Counted from the stretch's first letter, positions 48,931 to 59,965 are shown. The stretch is 64,000 nucleotides of DNA from an uncultured Thiomicrospira sp. (GCA_965195345.1 OZ239628.1:1376001-1440000), one strand, 5' to 3'. Numbers and translations: made by a program. The notes: generated by a model not told the origin, from the letters alone.

Positions 48931-49516
48931 AGGGCTTTAAGAGGGTTTGTATGTCTAAAGAGACTACCTCTCTACTTTGATTAGCATCAATACGTTTAAC
49001 GCGTTGAGGATTATTTTGCCAAATAGCCTGATAGCGTTCAGCTACTTTTTGTTGAAAAATCATACCCGCCTTATCGAATCGATTGTTTTCTTTGCGCCCT
49101 GTCATTCTTTTTGCCGCAACTTCTAAGTCAACATCAAACCATAATGTCATATCGGGCCAGCATTTAGAGTGAACTTTTTCAGCAAGCAATTTTGTAAACT
49201 GCTCATCACTTTGGTATGCCAACGTAGAGTCGGTGAAACGATCACATAATACCCATTTACCTTCCGCTAACGCTGGCAATATGCCTTTGTGCAAATGCTG
49301 ATGACGAGCGGCAAATAACAGTAATTGTTCCGTTTGCTCATCGACGCCTTCAACCCACTGGCTAAGCATTACTTTTCGGATTGCTTCAGCCATTGGAGTG
49401 CCTCCAGGTTCACGCGTAACATATACTGAAACGCCTCTTGATTCAAGCCATGTTACTATAAACTCTAAAATAGTAGATTTTCCACTACCATCTATGCCTT
49501 CGAAGCTAATAAACAT
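48920..49516 (-). CDS. tmk: Thymidylate kinase
   Basis: FEGIDGSGKST, TREPGGT, CDRFTDST.AYQ. Confidence 0.97.
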   Translation of the reverse strand: MFISFEGIDGSGKSTILEFIVTWLESRGVSVYVTREPGGTPMAEAIRKVMLSQWVEGVDEQTEQLLLFAARHQHLHKGILPALAEGKWVLCDRFTDSTLAYQSDEQFTKLLAEKVHSKCWPDMTLWFDVDLEVAAKRMTGRKENNRFDKAGMIFQQKVAERYQAIWQNNPQRVKRIDANQSREVVSLDIQTLLKPFVT

Positions 49517-49517
49517 A

Positions 49518-50543
49518 TTATTTCTTATCTAAAATGTATTTTCTAACATCCGCATTATGCCCTTCCAATGTTTTGTTAAAAGCATGACTACCATCTCCCT
49601 TTGCTACAAAATACAAATCGCCGTTTAACTGCGGGTGCAAAACCGCTTCAATAGACTCACGCCCAGGATAGGCTATTGGTGCAGGAGGAATACCCTTGTT
49701 CACATAAGTATTAGCAGGATGATCAACGCGCAAATCTTTTTTCTTAATTTTCCCTTTATAAGAATCGCCCATTGCATATATTACTGTCGGATCAGATTGC
49801 AAACGCATATTACGCTTGAGACGCTCAAAAAAAACGCCTGCAATTTTAGCTCTCTCTTCATCAATCACACTTTCTTTTTCAACCAAAGATGCCAGTGATA
49901 ACACTTGCCACTTGTTGGTAAAGAAACTATCAACGATCACCGAACGTTTCGCCCAAGCGCTGATGAAAAAATCTTCAGAAGCTTTTGCTGCCCGTCGAAG
50001 TATTTGTATATCAGTATCACCTCTTTCAAAAAAATAAGTATCTGGCAAAAAAGCACCATCTATATACTGATATGGAACAAATATTTTGTTAGCAAAGTAT
50101 TTAGGACGAGCTTCATCAGCAACATTTAGTAAATTAATCTTGATTGCATTGTTCTTACGTATCGCTTCGCTCAATTCTTTAAAACTCCAACCTTCAATAA
50201 TAGTAAAACGATATTGATGCACCTTTCCATCTATAAACTGATTGAGTAACTCAACTGGCGATTGTTCTGTCAAACGGTATTCTCCTGCTTTTACTGAACT
50301 ATCTGACAATCTCGCCTTGACATAGAAGTTCAGCAAAAATGCTGAAGGAATCAATCCATCTTGTTCTAATCGGTTTATTACCTTTTGTATCGACTCACCA
50401 GTCGTTATAGTAAAAAAAGTATTGGGATTTGACGCCACTTTTGCATGCAAATCTGGATGTAATTCAAGAATTCGGTTATAAATAAAAAAAGTGCACAGCA
50501 CGAAGAAAAACACTGAAAGAATCCAAAATAATACTTTTTTCAC
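49518..50543 (-). CDS. mltG: Endolytic transglycosylase MltG
   Basis: LASLVEKE, LQSDPTVIY, NTY..GIPP.PI, LYFVAKGDGSH.F. Confidence 0.95.
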   Translation of the reverse strand: MKKVLFWILSVFFFVLCTFFIYNRILELHPDLHAKVASNPNTFFTITTGESIQKVINRLEQDGLIPSAFLLNFYVKARLSDSSVKAGEYRLTEQSPVELLNQFIDGKVHQYRFTIIEGWSFKELSEAIRKNNAIKINLLNVADEARPKYFANKIFVPYQYIDGAFLPDTYFFERGDTDIQILRRAAKASEDFFISAWAKRSVIVDSFFTNKWQVLSLASLVEKESVIDEERAKIAGVFFERLKRNMRLQSDPTVIYAMGDSYKGKIKKKDLRVDHPANTYVNKGIPPAPIAYPGRESIEAVLHPQLNGDLYFVAKGDGSHAFNKTLEGHNADVRKYILDKK

Positions 50544-51301
50544 TGCTCAACACCCATTATTTTGCCCCATACACTTTGGAGCTCTTCTGCAGGCTTTGTA
50601 TCAAGACGTTGCCCATTTAGAAAATTCGGAATTACAATGCCATGCACTGAATTACTAAGCGCTAACGAGCGAATAGAAAGTAATTCCTCAATTGGTATTG
50701 TAGCGACTTTCGTTTCCACTGAAGCTTTTAAAATACACTCTCTTGCTACGCCAGCCACCCCGCACTCTTTAAGGTCGGGTGTAAACCATTGGTTGTCAAT
50801 AAAACACCATAGATTGTAGTGTAGCGACTCTATAACCGATCCAGCCGTAGAACAAAGCACTGCTTCGTCCCATCCATTCTGAAGCATTTCATGTCCAGCC
50901 AAAACGTATGGTAATCGATTGGTGTGCTTGATACCTGCCATTTTAGGCAACGGAGCTAATGCGTTTTCAATGACTCCTAACTTATTTATTGACCGCTTAA
51001 CCAACGCTCTTTTGCTCCACCTTAATTCCGTCTCACTACTATCGGTGATTTCACCGCATGAGTCTTTGCGAACTACTAAAAGCTTTAAAATCGTCGTTTT
51101 ATCCGATATTGTTTTAAAGTACTCTTTTTTACTCTCTTCTAACGCATCTGCATCAATAACCATACCAAGTCTGTGAGCGGAATCCATTAATCTTTTACGA
51201 TGCTGACTCCACAACAGTACCTGCCCATCTCTATACAGCATCGTTTCAAAAAACCCATCGCCAAACAGTAGTCTAGACGACAGTAACTTATTGCAATGCA
51301 C
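50540..51301 (-). CDS. pabC: 4-amino-4-deoxychorismate lyase (start uncertain; GTG near 51301)
   Basis: FGDGFFETM, GIKHTNRL, GVAGVAR, NSVHG; lies between pabB and mltG. Confidence 0.8.
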   Translation of the reverse strand: MHCNKLLSSRLLFGDGFFETMLYRDGQVLLWSQHRKRLMDSAHRLGMVIDADALEESKKEYFKTISDKTTILKLLVVRKDSCGEITDSSETELRWSKRALVKRSINKLGVIENALAPLPKMAGIKHTNRLPYVLAGHEMLQNGWDEAVLCSTAGSVIESLHYNLWCFIDNQWFTPDLKECGVAGVARECILKASVETKVATIPIEELLSIRSLALSNSVHGIVIPNFLNGQRLDTKPAEELQSVWGKIMGVEQ

Positions 51302-52652
51302 GTAGCATTCCTTCAGCTTTGTACTGTGTTTCTCGGAGTTCGCGCTGTGGATCAGAGTCATACACAATGCCAGCTCCTGCACGAAAATTTATTCGACTCC
51401 CTTGCAATGCAATGGTCCGAATTAAGATATTCATATCCATAGAGCCATCATTATTTATATAACCAAGTGAGCCCGTATACGGGCCTCTTCCCGCTGCTTC
51501 TAATTCTCCTATGATTTTCATACATTGCACTTTTGGGCAACCTGTAATAGTACCTCCAGGAAAAACGGCATGAATAATATCTTTTGGGCTCACATCGCTA
51601 CGAACCTTTCCTTGAATATTTGAAGCGATATGATGAACATGAGCATAGCTTTCCAGTTCCATGAGTTTATTCACTTTGATACTTCCCACATCGGCAATAC
51701 GACCCAAATCATTGCGCTCAAGATCAATCAACATAATATGCTCTGCACGCTCTTTAAAGTGATTCAATAGTTTTTTTGCTAAGGCTTCATCAGTTTTTTT
51801 GTCGGTTGATCGAGGACTCGTTCCTGCAATAGGTCGCGTTTCGACTATTCTTTTTTTCACACTGACTAAGCGTTCTGGACTTGAAGAAAGTAGGCAATTG
51901 TTATCATCAAAACGCCAAAATGTTGCCATTGGTGCTGGATTAGCCTCGCGTAATTGACGGTACAAAGATAACGCTTCACCGCTTTTTAGGACAGCATCCC
52001 AAGCTCGAGACAAGTTAACTTGAAAAACATCCCCTTGTTTTATTAAATGCAATATTTCATTAACTGCATTGATATATCTTTCAGGGTTTTCTTCAACAAC
52101 ATCAATAACCTCGCAAAAAGAACGCTCCTCATTTTTAGCCTTGATCCAGTCATTTTTTAATTCGATAAAACCCTGACTTTCTTCAGCAACCAAATACATG
52201 GTTTTTTCGCTGTGATCATAGGCAAATGCTTGCTTACATCGAGCAAGAACAACAAATGGAAAGTCCTTCATCATACCATTGATCGGTAGAGATAAAGTTG
52301 GCTCGATTTGATTGGCGTATTCGTAACCTAAGAATAATAAGTGCCCACCTTTAAATGGAATTTCTAAACCTACATCATTTCCATTTGTCTTATGGTCATT
52401 AATACTTTTCCCCAACGTATTTTGTAACGCATCATCAATCTGATCATCCCACACCATTACATCCCCGTTGGGATATGGCCATATTTTTTGTGAATCTATT
52501 TTGAAGAGAAAACTCCACCGCTGCTCATCAACGGGAGTAACTGTATCGAAAAAACAATGGTAACCTAAATCACTTTTTAACAACGAAAAGGATTTATTAA
52601 CCCACTCTGATACATTGACAGCACCAAATTTTTGATGAGACATTAATTCCAA
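51288..52652 (-). CDS. pabB: Aminodeoxychorismate synthase component I
   Basis: GDVFQVNL, SSSPERL, TRPIAGT, KERAEHIMLIDLERNDL, FPGGTITGCPK. Confidence 0.88.
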   Translation of the reverse strand: MELMSHQKFGAVNVSEWVNKSFSLLKSDLGYHCFFDTVTPVDEQRWSFLFKIDSQKIWPYPNGDVMVWDDQIDDALQNTLGKSINDHKTNGNDVGLEIPFKGGHLLFLGYEYANQIEPTLSLPINGMMKDFPFVVLARCKQAFAYDHSEKTMYLVAEESQGFIELKNDWIKAKNEERSFCEVIDVVEENPERYINAVNEILHLIKQGDVFQVNLSRAWDAVLKSGEALSLYRQLREANPAPMATFWRFDDNNCLLSSSPERLVSVKKRIVETRPIAGTSPRSTDKKTDEALAKKLLNHFKERAEHIMLIDLERNDLGRIADVGSIKVNKLMELESYAHVHHIASNIQGKVRSDVSPKDIIHAVFPGGTITGCPKVQCMKIIGELEAAGRGPYTGSLGYINNDGSMDMNILIRTIALQGSRINFRAGAGIVYDSDPQRELRETQYKAEGMLRALQ

Positions 52653-53899
52653 CTTTTGAAAATCAATGTACCATTAGTACCACCAAACCCAAACGAATTA
52701 CTTAACGCGTATTTCGCCTCGAAGCGTTTAGCAAAATGGGCAACTAAATCAATATCGCAAGATGGATCAGGATTATCAAGATTTATGGTGGGTGGAGCCA
52801 TTTGATTCATCAAAGCAAGTATTGTATAAATTGATTCAACGGCTCCTGCCGCTCCTAACATGTGACCAGACATTGATTTTGTGGAGCTCATAAGCAAACT
52901 ATCAATGTGCTTTTCCATCAAACGCTTAACAGCTTTCACTTCAGCAACATCTCCTGTTGGTGTTGACGTTCCATGTGCATTAATATAACCAATTTGATCA
53001 CAACTGATGTCTGCATCTTCAAGAGCGTTTTGCATACATCTCCATGCACCATCACCATCTTCAGGAGGAGATGTCATATGATATGCATCGCTGCTATAAC
53101 CTACTCCTACAATTTCAGCTAATATCTTTGCGCCTCTTTTTTCAGCATGCTCCAAAGACTCAAGCACAACCATGCCTGAACCATCAGAAAGAACAAAACC
53201 ATCTCGATCAACATCCCAAGGACGTGAAGCTTTTGCAGGCTCATCGCCACGTCTCGATAATGCGCGAGCTGCTGCAAAACCTGCTATGCCTGTAGGAGTG
53301 CAAGCTTTCTCGGAGCCACCGGCCAACATCACATCTGCTTCACCGTAGGCAATCATTCTACTTGCCCAAGACAGTGCATGCGTTCCTGTAGTACAAGCAC
53401 TCACGGGAGAAACATTGGGACCCTTTAGTCCAAAACGCATTGACAACATCCCCGACAACATATTGATAATTACCCCAGGGACATAAAAAGGAGATATCTT
53501 GCCTGACTCCGAACTAAAATACTTTCTATTGTTATCTTCAATGCTTGACAATCCACCAATACCTGAGCCTGCGCATACTCCAAACCGTTCTAAATCAACA
53601 TCCGAAAGCATGGAATGAACATCGCCTTGGGACGCCATATTAAGGGCTTCCTGTGCGGCGGCAACACCATATACAATGAAAGTATCAACTCTTTTTAGTT
53701 GTTTGTTTTTCAACCAGTGAGCTAAGTCAAAATTCTTCAGTTCTCCACCAATCCGCACAGAAGAATTCGTCGTATCAAAACTTTTTATTAATTCAATTCC
53801 ACTTTTTCCTGACATTAATGCTTGCCAATTAGCATCAACATCTAATCCTAACGGAGTAACGCAGCCCATGCCTGTTACGACAACGCGTTTACCCTTCAT
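52643..53899 (-). CDS. fabF: 3-oxoacyl-ACP synthase II
   Basis: SACTTG, NAHGTST, GHMLGAAG, SNSFGFGG. Confidence 0.96.
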   Translation of the reverse strand: MKGKRVVVTGMGCVTPLGLDVDANWQALMSGKSGIELIKSFDTTNSSVRIGGELKNFDLAHWLKNKQLKRVDTFIVYGVAAAQEALNMASQGDVHSMLSDVDLERFGVCAGSGIGGLSSIEDNNRKYFSSESGKISPFYVPGVIINMLSGMLSMRFGLKGPNVSPVSACTTGTHALSWASRMIAYGEADVMLAGGSEKACTPTGIAGFAAARALSRRGDEPAKASRPWDVDRDGFVLSDGSGMVVLESLEHAEKRGAKILAEIVGVGYSSDAYHMTSPPEDGDGAWRCMQNALEDADISCDQIGYINAHGTSTPTGDVAEVKAVKRLMEKHIDSLLMSSTKSMSGHMLGAAGAVESIYTILALMNQMAPPTINLDNPDPSCDIDLVAHFAKRFEAKYALSNSFGFGGTNGTLIFKSWN

Positions 53900-54183
53900 A
53901 GCAGAGTTTTAATTGAAGTCTTTGATAAGTTTTATACATTTCATTAGGATTATAAACCGTCAATTAAGATAGTAAATAAGTTTGTTTATGCTTTTGACTG
54001 AGGAGAAATATCTAAGATTTTATAATCTTTATTCAATTCCTTCAAACACGAACCAAAAGCGTTTGACTTATCAACACAATCTTCAAGAGCATATTCCCAA
54101 ACAATAATGAAAATGCGCTTAAAAAAATTTATATCATATCAATAAACGATGATGTAAACTTTATTGATATGTGGAGCATATTA

Positions 54184-54218
54184 CAAAAAAAGTCCCAACA
54201 ATAGTTGGGACTTTTTTG
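54184..54218 (-). terminator. Rho-independent terminator after acpP
   Basis: AAAAAAAGTCCCAAC-aata-GTTGGGACTTTTTT. Confidence 0.9.
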
Positions 54219-54230
54219 AATATGTTGGAA

Positions 54231-54464
54231 TTAAGAACTCTGATTGGTTACGTAGTCAATAGCTTCCTGTACAGTCGTAATTTTCTCAGCATCTTCATCA
54301 GGAATAGTAGCGTCAAATTCTTCTTCGAGAGCCATCACCAACTCAACAGTGTCAAGGGAGTCAGCTCCTAAATCATCAATGAATGAAGAATCATTAGAAA
54401 TTTCTGCTTCATCAACGGTTAACTGCTCGGCAACAATGCTTCTTACACGTGCTTCAATACTCAT
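54231..54464 (-). CDS. acpP: Acyl carrier protein
   Basis: [20 protein letters not shown]. Confidence 0.99.
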   Translation of the reverse strand: MSIEARVRSIVAEQLTVDEAEISNDSSFIDDLGADSLDTVELVMALEEEFDATIPDEDAEKITTVQEAIDYVTNQSS

Positions 54465-54511
54465 TTATTTTTCCTCTATATTTGTCCTAAAACAATAAAT
54501 CTGAATTTTAA

Positions 54512-54573
54512 AATTACACCCTTTCGCATAATGCATAAGGGCAACACCTTGAATTATACCCTTTCGCATCATG
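54512..54573 (-). promoter_or_regulatory. 22-bp direct repeat upstream of acpP (possible tandem promoters or operator)
   Basis: AATTACACCCTTTCGCATAATG (54512) and AATTATACCCTTTCGCATCATG (54552); minus-strand copies contain TGTAAT and TATAAT. Confidence 0.5.
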
Positions 54574-54793
54574 AGTATGCATCATTATATAATTCGACTT
54601 AGTTTTTTTAAATTTACTCTTGCTATGTCTTTCCATAAGATATAGTACATTTAAAATGCAAGCATCGCCACCACTTCTTTTATCTTGCGACATAACAATT
54701 GAATTGAACGATTAAGAGCATTTAATCATTTTAGCCACGCTATTTGAAACAACCATTTTTGAAATCTATAAAAATCTTTTTAAAATATTCCCT

Positions 54794-55813
54794 ATGAATA
54801 CAACATCAAAAAAAACATTGACTCTCACTATAGAGCAGGCAACCACATTAGCAGCCAATACATTAATCGCAAATCAAACATCGCCCACGAATGCTAAAAT
54901 CGTAGCAAATGCACTGGTTAAAGCAGAAGTTGAACAGCAAGGCGGGCACGGAATTTCGCGATTGCTGACATATGCTCCTCAATCCAATAATGGCAAGGTC
55001 AATGGTCACGCCATGCCCTCCACTGATCAAATAAGCGCTAATATTGTTCGTATAAGTGCACAAAATGGCTTTGCATTTCCAGCTTTAAACATGGCTGTAG
55101 AGGCATTGGAAAAAATGCTTCCAGAGAGTGGATTGGCTTTGGCAGGCATTTGCAATTCGCATCATTTTGGTCAAGCTGGCGCACCCTGTGAGGCACTGGC
55201 AAAAAAGGGATTTGTTGCGATCATCTTTGGCAACACCCCAGTTGCTATGCCCATACCTCCATCAAACGCGCCAATTCTTGGAACAAATCCCATAGCTTTT
55301 GCCGCTCCCATTGCAGAACAGCCTCCTTTAGTCATTGACATGGCTTTATCACAAGTAGCACGAGGACGTATTATCAAAGCGCAGATGAATAATGAACCCA
55401 TATCCACTGGCTGGGCTATCGATGCAAACGGCGATCCAACAACCGAACCTGATAAAGCACTCAATGGAGGAAGCTTATTGCCTTTAGGTGGTCAAAAAGG
55501 TGCTCTACTGGCGTTAATGGTGGAGATCTTAAGTGCGTGTTTATTAAATATGCACCTTAGTACTGAGGCTTCTTCACTACTTAATGATAAAGGCGATGCG
55601 CCCAATATAGGTCAAACTATCTTAGCTATAGATCCTTTGCGTATATCAAGCGACGGCTTTTTCTTGACGATGAATCGCTTGATTGAAAACCTCAAACAAA
55701 ATGATGTCCATATCCCAGGTAGCAATAAAGCTTCGCTATGGCAACAAGCATTAAAAAACGGCATTACCATCGATGAAAAACTTTACAAAAAAATTCAGAT
55801 ATTAAACCAATAA
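54794..55813 (+). CDS. Ldh_2-family oxidoreductase (ComC/sulfolactate dehydrogenase-like)
   Basis: GHGISRL, NSHHFG, GTNPIAFAAP, DMALSQVARG, GGQKG. Confidence 0.85.
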   Translation: MNTTSKKTLTLTIEQATTLAANTLIANQTSPTNAKIVANALVKAEVEQQGGHGISRLLTYAPQSNNGKVNGHAMPSTDQISANIVRISAQNGFAFPALNMAVEALEKMLPESGLALAGICNSHHFGQAGAPCEALAKKGFVAIIFGNTPVAMPIPPSNAPILGTNPIAFAAPIAEQPPLVIDMALSQVARGRIIKAQMNNEPISTGWAIDANGDPTTEPDKALNGGSLLPLGGQKGALLALMVEILSACLLNMHLSTEASSLLNDKGDAPNIGQTILAIDPLRISSDGFFLTMNRLIENLKQNDVHIPGSNKASLWQQALKNGITIDEKLYKKIQILNQ

Positions 55814-57694
55814 GTCATACAGAGTTGATTCAATTTCTTTTAACACCTCTTGATCATCTATCGTAGCTGGCATATTCCAATCTGCTTTATTAGCAATCGA
55901 GCGCATAGTTGCTCTTAAAATTTTACCTGAACGAGTTTTAGGCAAACGACTCACAACAGCACATAGTTTAAACACTGCAACCGCACCAATTGTTGTGCGA
56001 ACTTGACTAACTAACTCTTGAACGATAACTGCATGCTCTCGTTCAACGCGCGCATTTAACACAACCAAGCCAAGAGGCACTTCCCCTTTGAGATCATCTT
56101 TGACGCCAAATACGGCAGCTTCAGCCACGTCCGCATGATCACACAATACTTCTTCCATTTGACCAGTAGACAACCGGTGCCCCGCCACATTTATAACATC
56201 ATCTATCCGACTCATGATATGTACGTAACCATCATCATCAATAATGCCTGAGTCACCCGTTAAATAATAGCCAGGATAACGCGACATATACTCTTCAACA
56301 AAACGATCACCATTTTTCCACAAGGTTATCATTGATCCAGGAGGCATTGGAAGTTTCACTGTTATATTACCAAGTCTATCTGGTGTTTGCTGATTCCCTT
56401 CTTCATCAAGAATCCTCAAATCATAACCAGGCGTTGGCTTTGTAACCGAACCTAATTTGATAGGGAAACTTTCTATCCCCATCGGATTACCTGCGATACT
56501 CCACCCTGTCTCGGTTTGCCACCAGTGGTCAATCACGGGTACTTTTAAATGTTTTTGAGCCCATCGTATAGTATCAGGATCAGAACGTTCACCAGCCAAA
56601 TATAAGTATTGGAAATTTGATAAATTATATTTTTTTAAAAAATCTCCCTGAGGGTCTTCTTTTTTTATTGCTCGAAAAGCTGTCGGAGCGGTGAATAAAG
56701 CTTTAACCTTATGTTCCTCAATCACACGCCAGAACGTACCAGCATCTGGTGTTCCTATTGGCTTTCCTTCAAAAACGATGGTCGTATTTCGATTAAGAAG
56801 TGGTGCATACACTATGTAAGAATGCCCCACAATCCAACCAACGTCCGATGCCGCCCAAAAAACCTCACCAGGTTTCATATCATAAAGATTTTCCATCGTC
56901 CATTTACAAGCCACCGCATGCCCGCCATTATCTCGAACGATGCCTTTGGGTCTGCCCGTAGTCCCCGATGTATAGAGTATGTACAATGGATGATTAGCAT
57001 CTACCGACACACAATCAACTGGATGCGCTTTTTCAAGAGCCATATGCCAGTCAATCTCGTCATCCCGTAATTTGCAAACTTGCTCTTCTCTTTGCAAAAT
57101 AATGACACTTGAAATTTTGTGCGAAGCAATGCGCTGGGCTTCATCAAGCAGTGATTTGTAATCAATTATCCGCCCAGGTTCTATTCCGCAAGAAGCACTC
57201 ATTAACGCTTTAGGTTGGGCATCGTCAATTCGAATAGCCAATTCTTTAGCAGCAAATCCACCAAAAACAACCGAATGTATCGCACCAATACGAGCACAGG
57301 CAAGCATTGCCATGACGGCTTGCGGTATCATTGGCATATAAATAATGACGGTGTCTCCATGATCCACCCCCTGCTCCTTTAAAACTCCAGCAAGTTTAGA
57401 AATGGATGATTGCAATTGACTGAACGAGTAGTAAGCTTTTTTATTCGTGATTGGGCTGTCGTATATTAATGCTATTTGATCACCATATCCATCCTCAACA
57501 TGCCGATCTATTGCGTTATAACATGTGTTAAGTTTTCCCCCTTCGAACCAATAATTAAATGGCGTATTACTCTCATTAAGTACTGTATCGAAAGGTTTGT
57601 CCCAATAGATACCTTTAGCCACGTTATTCCAAAAAACTTGTGGTTTTCCTATAGATTCTTTATATATCTCGTCATACTTATTTTGCATTATCAA
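55802..57694 (-). CDS. prpE: Propionyl-/acrylyl-CoA synthetase
   Basis: YTSGTTGRPKGIVRDNGGH, SDVGWIVGHSY, DHWWQTE, LPKTRSGKILR. Confidence 0.88.
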   Translation of the reverse strand: MIMQNKYDEIYKESIGKPQVFWNNVAKGIYWDKPFDTVLNESNTPFNYWFEGGKLNTCYNAIDRHVEDGYGDQIALIYDSPITNKKAYYSFSQLQSSISKLAGVLKEQGVDHGDTVIIYMPMIPQAVMAMLACARIGAIHSVVFGGFAAKELAIRIDDAQPKALMSASCGIEPGRIIDYKSLLDEAQRIASHKISSVIILQREEQVCKLRDDEIDWHMALEKAHPVDCVSVDANHPLYILYTSGTTGRPKGIVRDNGGHAVACKWTMENLYDMKPGEVFWAASDVGWIVGHSYIVYAPLLNRNTTIVFEGKPIGTPDAGTFWRVIEEHKVKALFTAPTAFRAIKKEDPQGDFLKKYNLSNFQYLYLAGERSDPDTIRWAQKHLKVPVIDHWWQTETGWSIAGNPMGIESFPIKLGSVTKPTPGYDLRILDEEGNQQTPDRLGNITVKLPMPPGSMITLWKNGDRFVEEYMSRYPGYYLTGDSGIIDDDGYVHIMSRIDDVINVAGHRLSTGQMEEVLCDHADVAEAAVFGVKDDLKGEVPLGLVVLNARVEREHAVIVQELVSQVRTTIGAVAVFKLCAVVSRLPKTRSGKILRATMRSIANKADWNMPATIDDQEVLKEIESTLYDLLV

Positions 57695-57716
57695 CGCTCC
57701 TTCCCAAATTCATGTT

Positions 57717-58682
57717 CTATGTAGACATATCTTTCATTTTCTCACGGTGTCGCTTAACCCAATGGGTGAGCCCACTTCCGTTTATGAAAACATCGTTTTC
57801 GTGATTCAAAACGAACTTGTCCAACTCATCTGCTTTGTAATTTATACTCAACCATTTCCTAAAAAGACCTCTCAAACCATCAAACACATAGTCTTTTAAA
57901 TCGATGCTATCAGGTGATTGGAGCGCCATATCCGTATACTCTCCCACACGGTTAACCAATTGATTTACCCAATATGGTTTATTCTCAATAAGCCCGCAAT
58001 GGGTGAGCGCGAAATAATTCAACCCGCTTTTTTCCTGAATCCGCATTGAATCAATCATTGCTTTTGGATTGAAGTGCGTTGGTGCTGTTGTAGGAAATAA
58101 AAACTGATCGCCATTAGGCAATGCATTTTCATAAGAAACACCCATGGAATCGCCAGCAAAAACAATTGAACTGGTGGCATCCAAAATACTTATATGGTTC
58201 CAAGAATGACCGGGCGTAAATAACACCTCAAGTTTGCGTTTGCCAAGTAAAAAACTCATTCCATCTTCAGCCAATACGATGCGAGATGGTGAAACTGGAA
58301 TAAGATCACCATAATTTTTTTTAACAAATTCCTTCCCATACACATCAATGCTCCCAAGCACTAAGGCTGTAGGGTCAATCATATGTGCCGCGCCGTCAGG
58401 ATGAATCAACATTTTTGCATTGGGCAGTTTTTGCATGAGCAAGCCCGAACCACCAGCGTGGTCAAGGTGAATATGCGAAACAATATGGTATTTGATTTGC
58501 TGTGGTTCTATACGCAAAGCTTGCAAAGCTTGCATAATATAATGCGTGGAATTATTGGATCCGCTATCGAATATAGCTGCCTCTTCACCATCCACGATTA
58601 AATAACAAGCCGTGTGCCCTGCCTTGATTAAGTGCGTATCAATGAGGTACGCGCCTTCTCCAATTTTTTTCCACATGTCCAC
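57717..58682 (-). CDS. Metallo-beta-lactamase-fold hydrolase
   Basis: SHIHLDHAGG, TPGH, AGD, THCG. Confidence 0.9.
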   Translation of the reverse strand: MDMWKKIGEGAYLIDTHLIKAGHTACYLIVDGEEAAIFDSGSNNSTHYIMQALQALRIEPQQIKYHIVSHIHLDHAGGSGLLMQKLPNAKMLIHPDGAAHMIDPTALVLGSIDVYGKEFVKKNYGDLIPVSPSRIVLAEDGMSFLLGKRKLEVLFTPGHSWNHISILDATSSIVFAGDSMGVSYENALPNGDQFLFPTTAPTHFNPKAMIDSMRIQEKSGLNYFALTHCGLIENKPYWVNQLVNRVGEYTDMALQSPDSIDLKDYVFDGLRGLFRKWLSINYKADELDKFVLNHENDVFINGSGLTHWVKRHREKMKDMST

Positions 58683-59668
58683 TACGGCTTGACTACAACG
58701 CGGCCCTGATGTTTCCCTTTAAGCATTTCGTGACAATAGGAGCCAACCTCTTCTAACGTCAAAGTAGCTGTTCTAATAGTGTTGAAAGTCGCCTCATCAA
58801 CATATTCAGCAATCAATTTCCAAGCAGCGTTGCGTTGCATAATCGAAATATACACTGAATCAACGCCAGCTAAAGTGACATTGCGCAAGATAAAAGGCAT
58901 TACCGTTGATGGTAAGTCAAATCCCCCAGCTAAGCCACAACAACTAATCGTTGCGTTGTACTCTGATTCCGCCAAGATACGTGCTAATGTTTTAGAGCCA
59001 ACCGTATCAATTCCTCCAGCCCACTTTCCTTGCTCTAAAGGGCGTGACTCTAAGCCAAACTCTGCTCTATCAATTATCTCTTTAGCTCCTAAGCTTTTCA
59101 AATAATCTGTTGATTCTGGACGACTAACCGCATGGACTGTATAACCGATATTTGCCAAAATATTCACTGCGAAACTACCAACGCCACCGCTAGCGCCAGT
59201 AACGACTACTGGACCATTATCAGGGCGCACACCCGCATCAATTAATCGCTGCACACAAAGCGCCCCTGTTAAACCTGCCGTACCCGCCACCATTGCTCTA
59301 TCCCCTGTCAAAGTTGCAGGCGTCTCTACCAACCACTTAGCTTTCAATCGGGCATATCCTGCCAAACCACCAAAATGTTTTTCACCCACACCCCAACCTG
59401 TATGAATAACCGACATCCCGACTTTAATACGATCGTCGCCACCTTCAACAACCTTACCTAACAAGTCAATACCTGGGACGAATGGAAACGAACGAACGAT
59501 TTTTCCTTTCCCTGTTATTGCTAAGGCATCCTTGTAATTAATCGTTGAATATTCGACCTTTATTAACGTATCCCCTTCAGGAAGCTGATTCCTTGGAAGC
59601 ATTTCAACACTGGACAGTGTTTTTTTGTCTTCTTGTTTAAGTACAAGTGCTCTAAAATTTCCCATCAT
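58682..59668 (-). CDS. acuI: Acrylyl-CoA reductase (YhdH/AcuI, MDR family)
   Basis: YSTINYKDALA, PGID, GWGVGE, GTAGLT, TGASGGVGS, TVMPFILRNVTLAGVDSV. Confidence 0.88.
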   Translation of the reverse strand: MMGNFRALVLKQEDKKTLSSVEMLPRNQLPEGDTLIKVEYSTINYKDALAITGKGKIVRSFPFVPGIDLLGKVVEGGDDRIKVGMSVIHTGWGVGEKHFGGLAGYARLKAKWLVETPATLTGDRAMVAGTAGLTGALCVQRLIDAGVRPDNGPVVVTGASGGVGSFAVNILANIGYTVHAVSRPESTDYLKSLGAKEIIDRAEFGLESRPLEQGKWAGGIDTVGSKTLARILAESEYNATISCCGLAGGFDLPSTVMPFILRNVTLAGVDSVYISIMQRNAAWKLIAEYVDEATFNTIRTATLTLEEVGSYCHEMLKGKHQGRVVVKP

Positions 59669-59965
59669 TACTCCTTGAGTGTTATATTAACTATTTGATT
59701 TATATGACAATAAGAAAATAAAATCCTACAAATCATTCAGACACCGATTATATACATTTTCTTTATTTAGCCAACGTAAATGCCATGCTGTTTAATTATC
59801 TTTTGTTTATGCGTGGGGTGTGTACCACCGTCCTTTATAACGAGCGTTACTATTTTACTGAAAAAAACTGATTAAAACCTTGTAAGTTTCTCACATTGAA
59901 ACGAAATCAAGCATAGCGTGTAACTACCTTAGTAATTTCTTACGTTTTGCAGTATAAAGTGCCCT

